Shown here one piece after another: positions 1 to 10,729 of a stretch of DNA of 34,311 nt (positions are counted from its first letter, which is position 1; the number at the start of each line of letters is the position of its first letter). This stretch comes from Dimargaris cristalligena. Taxonomy: Eukaryota. The translations under genes and the position numbers were made by a program. The stretch spans positions 1 to 34,311 of the forward strand of contig ML002393.1 of NCBI GenBank assembly GCA_003614675.1, in the 5' to 3' direction. Below the pieces are notes generated by a model. It was not told the DNA's origin. It searched no databases and was given only the letters and a program-made list of their open reading frames with translations.

Positions 1-560
1 GGCTAGGCCCCCTATACAATGAGTTAAGTTATTCGCCGCTAGTTTGGCCCTAAATTTATCGGTGTATTTCTCCATTATCGCATGTATGTTTGCCACTGAT
101 TAGGCTGGTCTATAAACTTACGCGACTTCAGCAGCCCTAGATAGTGGCTAATTGCGAATGTACATTTCATTGTCATGGCAACAAGGCGAGTTAGCCGAGG
201 AAAAGTACACTCAATGACTAGGTAAATGGTATGGGCATAAAATGATGGCTCTCTTTACCTAATTTCACTAACCTATGCCCATCGTATCTGCTTTCGCACT
301 ACAGAGAATGCGTACTATACACTAATATCTAAAATAGAGCAGTTCAAACTACTATATTATACAATATAAAGGGGATTGGTCCGTTGTAACCATTGCACAA
401 CCATGGGTAGAGCGGCTGTTATCCTCCCCATGTCCTCCGATATTGTTTTTTTTCTGAAGGGGGGATGCCAAAATAATTCCCCATTGTGAAAATTGTTCAT
501 CCCTTCCGCCCTAGCGGACACTTGAATAAGCCGACTAACTAGGCCAGTCTCGAAAAATAG

Positions 561-570
561 TATATATAAG
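561..570 (+). promoter_or_regulatory. TATA box of paralog 1 (equivalents at 3928-3935 and 7211-7218)
   Basis: TATATATAAG / TATATAAG / TATAAATA at the aligned position, 190-200 nt before each ATG. Confidence 0.65.
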
Positions 571-752
571 TGCCAGGATTTCCCTGTTTACGCAAGTGTG
601 CCCCTTCATCCCCTCTTTAACTTATCAATAGATTCTGTTATTTACGATTCTATTTCCACTCTTGGAACAGGTCTGTTTATGCATTTATATAACTTGCATT
701 TGAGTTAACTACATTTTCGCTGGTCGGACCCTCTTCACCCCAACGTTAAGCC

Positions 753-1664
753 ATGCACATTTCCTATGCTGCTTTTCTTACACTAACTCTGGCCACGGGG
801 TATACCGTTGGTGGACGTCTTCGCCCACAAGCAGACACTGACAATGTCCCACTGGCATTGCTTTTAAACGGGCTATCGGGAAATTCACTGGACTCGGATT
901 TCCACGCTAAACCCTGGGGATTGTCGAATATTGACGAAGAAAGCGATGATAAACGCAGCGCGTATGGTGGCCAACGTCCTGAGATTGCGTTAGAGGACAT
1001 GACCTCGGAGTTTGCTGGGGGGGTTAGCAGCCATTATCTCCAAGCCGGTGATTCCCTTGAATCCGTATATTACGATGCACTCGATAGCAGCGCTTATCCC
1101 GAAGGTGTGAGTGAAATTAACGTCCAGCACTTCAATGACAATGGCTCCGGTGATAAAGAATCAGCACAGTCGTCCACAGCAACTACCCCCTCCCATTCAC
1201 AGGGCTGGCTCACCGATACTCCTGTAGGGCGCGAAAGTGAGATTAGCCTGGGAACTACCGTCAGCCAAATAATTAGCCAGATGCCTGCCCCGCCCAATCA
1301 CGAGATCAATCTCCATTCGCAGCAAATTCCCGACCATTGCCACACGTACCTCTCTCCACCGACTACGCCCAGTTCATCCGCGAACCTCGACATTGAAGAG
1401 AACAGCGGTACCCCGGTGATACCGATGGCTGGCAATGAAACGGTCAAAACGTCCATTAATGCCCGCCTCCCGAATGCGATCCCCCTACCTAAATCGACGC
1501 GTGGGGAGGAAAGGAAGCAAAGCAAAGATTTAGATCAAAAACCTGGTGGTTTGCGGGCTTGGTGCGTCCAACATAGCCGGGCTGAAGGCTGGCATGGTTG
1601 GACAGACCGGCGTAAGAACTGGATTAAATCACAAAAGGATAGAATCAAAAATAGTAGAGACTAG
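753..1664 (+). CDS. Secreted disordered orphan protein, tandem paralog 1 (303 aa)
   Basis: Intronless ORF; hydrophobic N-terminus (MHISYAAFLTLTLATGYTVG); acidic Ser/Thr-rich body; basic Trp-rich C-terminus; clear paralogy to 4128..5042 and 7409..8398; TATA about 190 nt upstream. Confidence 0.88.
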   Translation: MHISYAAFLTLTLATGYTVGGRLRPQADTDNVPLALLLNGLSGNSLDSDFHAKPWGLSNIDEESDDKRSAYGGQRPEIALEDMTSEFAGGVSSHYLQAGDSLESVYYDALDSSAYPEGVSEINVQHFNDNGSGDKESAQSSTATTPSHSQGWLTDTPVGRESEISLGTTVSQIISQMPAPPNHEINLHSQQIPDHCHTYLSPPTTPSSSANLDIEENSGTPVIPMAGNETVKTSINARLPNAIPLPKSTRGEERKQSKDLDQKPGGLRAWCVQHSRAEGWHGWTDRRKNWIKSQKDRIKNSRD

Positions 1665-4127
1665 AGATTTTCGACTTTGTACGCTATTCCTGGCTTTAAA
1701 TGTATTTCATTCCCTAAGAACCGACTTGCCTTGGGCTGCATTCTACGATAATACCAATACCAATATTGATATTGTTACATCCGCAGCCAATACAGAGTCA
1801 TACCCCAGGCGTCAAGGTAGCGAGACCTTAGTGGACCCCATGGACTCCACTGATACTGGTGTTCCAGCCGCAGCATCTTTGACTGAGGATTCATTCCAAC
1901 TACATGTGTCTAGCACGGGGACCCCTGGTGAATTATCACCCTCTGAGGATACCGCTAATGCTGTCATCTAGAACACTTTTCCAGAAGGTCCGATGAACAT
2001 ATTATTAACCTTCCTTGGCTATACTGGATGCCTGTGACGATTCATATAAATAAGCATTGGGTACATACTCTTGTTCTTCAGTTTACTAGCGCTCACATCG
2101 CTCCTGCAAGTCCATATTACTTATACTCGTTCCTTAATAAAAACCGCTCATACTTCACGCTCTTTAACAATATCGTTCCCCCCCCAGACCCACACATACA
2201 AGAGCATACACACGCCTACACAAGTCCACTATAGCAGTGCAATATTTTACCGACTAGTTGTTTTAAACATAGTCAGATCCTACCATTCCCATCTCATGTA
2301 TCTATCACTCCAATCTGTGCCCATGTCTTCCTATAGCAATACAGAACACACAGTAAAACATTAGGTATTTTGATTTAAATGAGAACTTAAAGAGGTGAGC
2401 AGGGCGTATATCGACCCGTAACAAATTTGTGAACTGCTCCTAATGCTGCTGACTTGATTGCCCTTGTTCTGGGAGAGCTATTATAGGATACAGTGTGGTC
2501 GTTAGCCAGGGTCAATTATCCGGAACTTGGATGATCATCTAAGCCTAACAGCGCAAATTAACATACACGTGGGTAACAACAATTACTCGCCTAATCGATG
2601 ATACAGACGAATCCGAATTAAAAGAGAAGGCGAAATATACGTCATATCCGGTTTGGTATGTTTCAATATATATATATATAACAATTTTATACTCATATTT
2701 CAAATAATCTCCCCGTAGAAAAGCATGTTTACGGCCAGGTCGAAGGGTGCTAAAATTAACAAACAATAGTCCTTTAACCACTAGTATATTTAGCGAAACA
2801 GAAATTCATAATTTAATACAGTTGTAATTCAAAAAGGTACAGCGCATTGAAAGCCCTTTTGGATGACTTTTATTTAAACGATAATACTCCAACGAGCAAC
2901 AAATGCCGAAAGAATTCAAGAATATTATTGACCAGCATTCCTTTAATAGGGCTTAGTTCGATACCGAATAAAAAACCATGTTGGATAAGTAGTGGATAGA
3001 GCAAAAAAAAATAGCAAAGGCCCAGCTGGTCAACATGTGGACTATGTCCCTACGTCCGATGCTTATAACGTTCCTCTTTCTGTATAGCAGCCCTACCCAC
3101 CAAAACCATCCACTATGCAATAATTAGAATTGTCCAGATGCGAAACTTCAGAAAGATACTTCACCAAAAATGGTTGGCCAAAGAACGGAGGTAGAATTCA
3201 ACGTCGTGTCTCGCCCAGTTCGACTGTCCTACTCGAAATGTCACTTGACAGTGAATAGGGTGCTACCTAATTGTGTGCCATCTGGAGTATAGGAGAAGAG
3301 CAGCGCCACTTCGTTATCCTCGACAGCAAAGTCCACTTCAACAGTCGGTTTTGGCCACCCGTTTTAGGCCGGGTCACCCATACAGTGAGTTAAGCTATTC
3401 GCCGCTAGTTTGGCCCTAAATATATCGGTGCATTTCTCCACCAGCGCGTCTATGCTCGCCACTAATTAGGCTGATCTATAAATTTACGCGGTTTCAGTCA
3501 CCTTGGATGGTGGCTAACTGCAAATGTACATTTCAATATCATAGCAATAAGGCGAGCTGGCCGAGGGAAAGTAAACTCAATGACTAGGCCAATGGTATAG
3601 GTATAAAATGATACCCCCTCTTCACTTTATTTCTCTAACCAACGCTCATCACATTTGCGGTCGCACTACAGAAAACGCGTACTATACACCGAGATCTAAA
3701 ATGTAGCAGTTCGGATTACTATATCAGACAATATAAAGGGGATTGGTCCGCTGTAACCATTGCACAACCATAGGTGGAGCGGCTGCATTCCTCCCCGTGT
3801 CTTCTCCGATATTGTTTTGGGGTGGAGAGCTCCAAAATAATTCCCCATTGTGAAAATTGTTCTTTCATTCCGCCCTAGTAGACACTCGTATAAGCCCAAC
3901 TAACTAGGCAGCTCTTGACAAATAGAATATATAAGTGTCAGGATTTTCCTGTTTATAAAATAGCCCCTCTACATTCTCTCTTTAACTTACCAATTGGCCC
4001 TCTGTTGTTTTTGACCCAATTCCGCTCTTGGAACAGCTCTGCCTTCGGAAATTTTGACCTTGTATTTGGGCTGCCTATATTCTGTCCGGTTGAAGCCTCT
4101 TTACCCTACTTACTCCAGCGTTAGGCC

Positions 4128-5042
4128 ATGCATACTTCCTACGCCACTCTTCTTTCACTGGCTCTGGCCACGGCGTATACCGCTGGTGGCAGTCTTCCCC
4201 CAAAGTTTAATATTGACGATCCCCCACTCGACTTTCTCCAAAAGGGGTTATTATCGGGGATTTTATTGAACCCACAAAGTGAGCCTGAACCCTGGCGCTT
4301 ATCAATAATTTTCGAAGAAAGCGACGATGAACACAGCACATTTGGCGGCCAACGTCCCCAGCAGGCGGTAGAGGGTACGGCCCCGGAGCTCGGTGGGACG
4401 GCGAGCAATAAGTATCTCCAACTCGGTGGTTCCCGTGAAACCATATACTACGACGCACTCGATAACAGCGCTTTTCCTACAACTCCGAGTAGTATCAACA
4501 CCCAGCCCTTGGATGACCATGACTCCAGCGATGAAGAATCGATCCATCCGTCGACGACAACTACCCCTTCCACTCTACGGGTTCATTTCCCCGCCAATTT
4601 AGCGGGGCGTAGAAGTAAGGATAGTTTAGAACTATCAATTAGGGAAATCATTAGCCAGTTGTCTCAACCGTCCTCTAACGATGCGCCTTCCTCTTCGCAG
4701 TTGGCGAGCAGCCTGTGCCCTGCGTACCTCTCCCCGCCGATTACGTCCAGTTCATCCGCGAACTTTGACGTTGAGGAGAACAGTGATACCCTGGCAATGC
4801 CAATGGCTGACAATGAAATGCTCGAAGCCTACTACAATGCCCAACTACTGAATGAAACCCCCCAACGGAAGTCTACGCGGGAGGATAGAAGGACACATAC
4901 CGAACGTCTAAATCAAAGGTTTAACGATTTTTCGACCTGGTGCGATCGGCATACGCGGGCAGAGGGTTGGCACGGCTGGAAGGGCCGGCGCAAGGGCTGG
5001 ATCAAGTCACAAAAGGATAAAATCATCAATAGTAGAGGCTAG
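4128..5042 (+). CDS. Secreted disordered orphan protein, tandem paralog 2 (304 aa)
   Basis: Colinear with paralog 1 along its whole length (signal peptide, LSIIFEESDD, IYYDALD, YLSPP, RAEGWHGW, WIKSQKD). Confidence 0.88.
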   Translation: MHTSYATLLSLALATAYTAGGSLPPKFNIDDPPLDFLQKGLLSGILLNPQSEPEPWRLSIIFEESDDEHSTFGGQRPQQAVEGTAPELGGTASNKYLQLGGSRETIYYDALDNSAFPTTPSSINTQPLDDHDSSDEESIHPSTTTTPSTLRVHFPANLAGRRSKDSLELSIREIISQLSQPSSNDAPSSSQLASSLCPAYLSPPITSSSSANFDVEENSDTLAMPMADNEMLEAYYNAQLLNETPQRKSTREDRRTHTERLNQRFNDFSTWCDRHTRAEGWHGWKGRRKGWIKSQKDKIINSRG

Positions 5043-7408
5043 AGTTATTCGACTTCATACGTTATCCCTGGCTCTTCATGGGCGTTATTCCCAAAAAGGA
5101 GCGACTTGGTTTCGGCTATATGATTCAATAATACTGACTCCCTTCCCCCACGAGCGCATTATTACGGCAATGCATCATTTTCGCCTTTAGCTGTTGGAAA
5201 TATAGCCAATCCTTATCACCGCCTTCTATTTCTAAGATATATCCCTTACAACCGTACCCACTCTAGTCCATAGCAATGCAGGGTATATAATAAACCCACA
5301 ATCATTTTTGAAATGATGACAAATAACCCGTAGATATGTCGATTTAAATGTAAAAAAGTGATAGTTGATAGGTGAAAAGTGGTGGGCAACGTTTGGGGAA
5401 CAGCAGCCGAATTCATAACGGGGTAGTTCTTGGAAAGTGGTCATTGGCGGTAGGCGAGCGGGGGGTCCTCCTGGGATTGGACTACCTGATATTCGTGAGC
5501 GGTTTCATATAGCCCAATAATGAACCACACAGACTGTGAATGAAAGATTGGCCCCGGCCCAATGTGGCTCACGTCCACTACCATACATTGGTATGTGCGT
5601 ACAAGGTCCGAGCCGGAAAAAAATTGAAGGGAATAGATGAAAACCAATTGTTACACGAAAAGAAAAAGCCTATTCAAAGGAAAACAATACCACGAAGGGC
5701 TAAGGGAGGCGTGAAGTGGACCGAGAAGGGGCGCCCTTAGCCCAAGTGCAATCGCCGAGTAGGCCTAATATCCAAAATGCCTATACTGTCGCCTATCCAC
5801 TTGAACTACAATGCACCACCCGAAGAACAATGAACGGCTACAATTCCAATCGACCATACTATACGACCCGGGTTAAAAATTAGCAAAAAAGTACACGACA
5901 TCCCGGCCGGATGATATCTTTGTAAATTGGCATTGAACTGCGTCAATTTCGGACCAGCTGTGTAAAGTTTTAAATAGTCTGGGTTAGTGCTCAGTGGCGA
6001 GAAATTTGTTTCCGACCAGTGGAATTGGCCCCATCCAATGGGGTTTTCGTTATTAAGTATGGTTGAACCTCCTCCATATGGGAGAAGTTCATCCAAGCTG
6101 TATAACGAAAAATCCATTAGATTCAGCCAATATTACTAGTGAAAAATACATTTCCCATATATTTTCCCATACACGTATAATGAATACCCTTATATAGCTG
6201 GGCCGAATTTCACCCATATTGACTAGCATCCCTCCAAATGGCCTCCACGCGATATAAATGTGAATTCTGGATAAATGGTGGATTGCGAAATAAAAAATGG
6301 TATAGAGCCGGGGGCCAACAAGCGGGGTATGACTCTATCTTCGATGTTTTTGGCAGGTTTGCTAATGTATAGAAGTCCAACCCACCAGGACCGCCCGATA
6401 GATACAATAATTGGAGGCCTCCGACTGCGAAATCAACCCCCCAAAAAATATTCCAACAATAGCTAGCCAAAGAAAGGGGGTTGAATTCAACACTGTACCT
6501 CGCCCAGTTCGACTGTCCCACTCGAAATGGCACTTGGCAGTGAATAGGGTGCTACCTAATTGTGTAACACCTGGAGTATAGGAAAAGAGCAGCGCCATCT
6601 CGCTACCCTCGACGGCGGAGTCCACTTCAACTGTCGGGTCTAGCCACCCGTTTTTTTGGATTAGGCTTCATTGAGCGAGTTGAATTATTCGACACTGGTG
6701 TCGTCGTAAATGTATCGGTGTGTTTCCCCTTCCTAATACTAACTATACTCACCACCACTTGGGCTGGTCCATAGTTTAACGTGTCTTTGGTCGCCCTGAC
6801 GTACGCCTGAGATCGAATAGATATTTTATTGGTATGGCAAAGAGGCGAGTTGAGCGAGGGGATGTAACTATAATGGTTAGGTCAAAGGTATAAGTATAAA
6901 ATGATGCCCTTCTTCCCTTATTTTGGCTAACCAATGCCTATCGCATAGTGTGTTGCACAATAGAAACCACGTACTGCATACTAACGTCCAAGGTGCGGTG
7001 ATTCCAGGATACCAGGTTGGGCTGTATAAAAAGGGATTAGGTCGTTGTAACCTATGTACAACCACTAGCAGAGCAGCTGCCCTCCTCCATTGCTTTTTTT
7101 TTGGAGGGTGAGGGTGCCTAAAAAAATCACGAATACGAAGGCAGTTCCTCCCTTCCGCTCTAGTCGACACTCGAATTAAGTTCACTTAATAGGCGAGGCT
7201 CAAGAAATAGTATAAATACCAGGATGTCCCTGTTTATAGTATAGCACCATTATATTATATTTTTAACTTATCAATAGTCACTCTGTTATTTTCAATATTT
7301 TCACCTCTATTCCACCCTTGGAACAGGTCTGTCTTCGCATTGGCATTACTTGCATTCGGGCTGCCTATATTTTCTTCAGCTGAACAAGCTTCACTCCAAC
7401 GTTAAGTC

Positions 7409-8398
7409 ATGCGTATTTCCTACACCATTCTTCTTTCACTGGCTCTAGCCACGGGGTATACCGTTGGTGGCTGTCTTCCCTCACGGTCTAAGCGCTACAC
7501 TGTCCCGCTCCCCAGTCTCACCAATGGTGAAGTGGAAAATGCTCTGTTATGCCGTTCTCCGATTGATGCTACGTTATCAGTCATTCACGAAGTGAGTGAG
7601 GATGACCTCAGCACGTATGGCGACCAAAACCCCGAATCGGCGGTAGAGGACATGGCATCGGGATTCGTTGAGGAGTTGGGCCATGGTGATATCCAGGCCG
7701 GTGATTCCCGTATAACCGTATTCTACGACGCACGCGGTGAAAGCGCATTTTCCAATGCTCTAAGTGACAGCAACTCCCAATACTTGGATGACAATGCTTC
7801 CAGCGACGATGAATCAGTCCATTCGTCAAACAGCATTACCCCTTCTTCCAGTCTACAGGGCCATTCGCCCTACCTCCTAGCAACACGTGAAAGGCTGGAT
7901 AGGGCCCGACCTGTCATCACGAAAATAGCCAAATCGCGATCTCTCCCGCTCATTACCGATATTCCGTCCCCTTCCCCGTCGCAGCTAACGAACAGACCTT
8001 GTCCCTGGTACCTTCCTTCTCCGACTTCGTCCAGTTCTTCCACGAGTGGCAGCGACGAGCCGAACAACAGCGGTGGTAGCCACGATTTAATGCTGAAGGC
8101 GATGGACGAGCAATTTTTTGAAACCAGCCAAGGTCGACTCCGGAAAGCCCCCCTCCAACCGAAATCGTTTCGGGCGGAGGCAAGACACCTACTCGAGAAT
8201 ACCAAGCAAAGGTGTCATGAGCTTGAAGAATGGGGCAAGCTACATTCTAAGAAAGAGGGCTGGCAAGGCTGGTCGGAAAGACGCAGAAACTCGGTGGCTG
8301 GGTCTGTCAACAAAATGGTGGTTAAGCCTGTCAGAAAAATGGTGGATGGCCTCGACTGGAAGATTTCGGCCATGCAAGCTAACAATAGCGGCTTTTAA
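7409..8398 (+). CDS. Secreted disordered orphan protein, tandem paralog 3 (329 aa, most diverged)
   Basis: Same signal peptide (MRISYTILLSLALATGYTVGG) and motif order: LSVIHEVSED, GDSRITVFYDA, WYLPSP, EGWQGWSERR. Confidence 0.87.
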   Translation: MRISYTILLSLALATGYTVGGCLPSRSKRYTVPLPSLTNGEVENALLCRSPIDATLSVIHEVSEDDLSTYGDQNPESAVEDMASGFVEELGHGDIQAGDSRITVFYDARGESAFSNALSDSNSQYLDDNASSDDESVHSSNSITPSSSLQGHSPYLLATRERLDRARPVITKIAKSRSLPLITDIPSPSPSQLTNRPCPWYLPSPTSSSSSTSGSDEPNNSGGSHDLMLKAMDEQFFETSQGRLRKAPLQPKSFRAEARHLLENTKQRCHELEEWGKLHSKKEGWQGWSERRRNSVAGSVNKMVVKPVRKMVDGLDWKISAMQANNSGF

Positions 8399-9415
8399 TG
8401 GGACTGCTTCATTCCCAAAACACACACACGCATAAATATATATATATATATATATTATTAAATACACGCGCGTGTGCACCTTTACTACAGCAGTACGACA
8501 TTTTATACATAGCCAACCATTCCCAGCACTACTTATACGTATCCCTTTAAACCGCACATAGCCATTCTCTCCCATAGCAATGCAGGACATGCAACAAACC
8601 CGCCATTTTTTATGACACATGACCAATAAAATCTAAGTACTTTGATTTAAATGGAATCAGGTGGAAAACAGTGTATGGATCGCCCACCCTACCACAAACT
8701 CTGTGACTGCTCTCCCTCAACGTTTCCTATTTGACACCTGTTCTGGGAAAGTGATCTCATAAGCCATAGAAGGGTGGGACCCCTGGTATTGGACTAATCA
8801 ATATTCGCCAGCAGTTTCATATATTATATAACCTATAGTGCTGAGCCAGATTTATCTGTGAGTAGCTTGATAAACTTCAACCCAGTGTTACTCGAACGAC
8901 AATTGAAGTGAATAGATGAAGAAGACCCACCAGCTGTCCCAGGCAAAGATATACGGTTTGGATGGAAACGATGCCGTCAACGGGCCAAAGAAAGTGTAAG
9001 TAAACCCGAAGAAGGGAATGGGGTGTCCTCTTTAGCGCAGTTTGGGGCTGTTGGAGCTTACACCTTTGCCACACTCACCATAACTTTCTCTATTAGGGCC
9101 AAATATATAAATACGTATGTGTATTTACAGCAAGTTCACATAGTTGATTAACCCTCTTGAACTTGCATGTCCCCGATCCATACCATCTATCCCAGTACAT
9201 CATCGCCTTTACTACACCACAGCCAGTTTGGCGGACCTTTAACCCCACTGGATTGTCCTGATTGACTTCGCTTGGATCGCTTGCCAACAACATTCCCTCC
9301 CCCCCAGACCGGCCTTTTGCTTTTTATATTTATTTTATATTTTGTTGTCATTTAACCCAAGTCCACCAACCACCACCACCGCACCCTCCGTATCCCCCCC
9401 CCCCTCACCACCACC

Positions 9416-10383
9416 ATGAGTATCCCTGTCGAATCGGCCCCTTCCCCCAGCAACCGTGCCCTGTTATTCACCAGTGCGTACCTGGTCTTACAACAGGGCA
9501 GTACCCTTCTCCGCACCCTCCTGCTTCCGCGCCCGGACCTCATGGTGCGCGAATCCCAGTACATCCCCGGAAGTACCATTGGCAAACACTTTCGCCACCT
9601 GTATGACCATTTCCGTTTGCTCTTGGAAGCCCTCCCAGCGAATGCCGCAGGGGCCACTTTGCCGAAGGAGGACCTCCTCCCCCCCAGCCCACCGCAAGTG
9701 TTCTACGATAAGAGGGATCGAATGGTACGTCACTTTTTAGCCTTGGTTTGATACGTTTATCCAGGAGGGGGGTTAAGACTCTTATATCCCCCCTCTCCCT
9801 TTCCCCGCCGCACCGCCACCTGCATTAACGCAATGGTCACACGGGTCGACTTCTGACTACGGCCATTATGACATCGCTGCTATTGACCGTCAGTTGATCT
9901 AATTATCGGCATTCTACCCAACCTTCTGATCAATAACTGCTTTAATACAAATACAGGTCCCTATGGAAAAGGACCCTAAGATCGCCGCTGAACTTATCGA
10001 GGACCTCGTTGAGAAGCTGCGGAAACTCGAGAATCGTACTGAACTTCCCCTGGAGGCTCCAATTCAGGTTCAAGCCCTCATAGATGGCAAGTCTAATTAC
10101 CAGCTACCCCTGGACTCCACTCTTGGTCGCGAACTTTGGTTCTGCGTCCACCACGCAAGTAAGTATTTATAAATATTCATAAATCTATATAAAATTATGT
10201 GTCCGGGATCTCCAGTAACCTTGACTAACCACCCATTGAACCACTTTTCCGCTGACTATGTAACCACCAGTCCACCATTACGCCATGATTAAAGTGGTTG
10301 GGGCAGAAAACGACATTCAAACCGCCAAAGACTTTGGGATGGCCCCATCCACGATCAAATATTATGATACTCTCTCTAGCTAA
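9416..10383 (+). CDS. DinB/YfiT-like putative metal-binding protein; exons 9416-9724, 9957-10158, 10271-10383
   Basis: GTACGT/GTAAGT donors and CAG acceptors keep frame. Motifs STIGKHFRHLYDHF, YDKRDR, STLGRELWFCVHHAIHHYAMI and FGMAPST are typical of DinB-family proteins. Confidence 0.85.
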
Positions 10384-10729
10384 GACCCATGGGTTTCGGA
10401 TGCAATTTATCAATAGAGACTGTTACAAAATGAAATGAAAAATCATAGAACACCTGGTGGGGTATATGTAAGTGTATGTATATGTATATATCGAATAATC
10501 AATGAGTGATGAGTTTAGAATACAATATCATAACAGCGGCCCCGAGCAGAGGGCGGTTAAAGACGAATATTCGCCAAATTGAAAATTAGCAGGACGATGC
10601 AAATAATAGTCAGTAAATAGTAAAATTAGATGGTTTAGGAAAAAAGCACATGGCTATTCTAATGGATAGATTACAGGGATCAAACACAACTACTACATTG
10701 CTAACCCAGAACCCCGTCTGAATGGGTAT

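Larger units (their letters stand above)
1..8820 (+). repeat. Diverged tandem triplication, unit about 3.3 kb (start codons 3375 and 3281 nt apart); ends approximate, first unit cut by window edge
   Basis: Upstream DNA aligns across units (1-752, ~3367-4127, ~6660-7408, e.g. gagttaagttattcgccgctagtttggccctaaa). Downstream anchors atagcaat...gatttaaatg recur near 2333-2381, 5271-5350 and 8574-8652. Confidence 0.9.

Noticed and set aside
669-676. AG|GTCTGT as a 5' UTR intron donor of the secreted paralogs
   Set aside because: GT is not conserved in copy 2 and no clear acceptor is present.
8436-8454. (AT)n microsatellite, also (CT)n near 14870 and (GATA)n near 13534
   Set aside because: Ordinary simple repeats.
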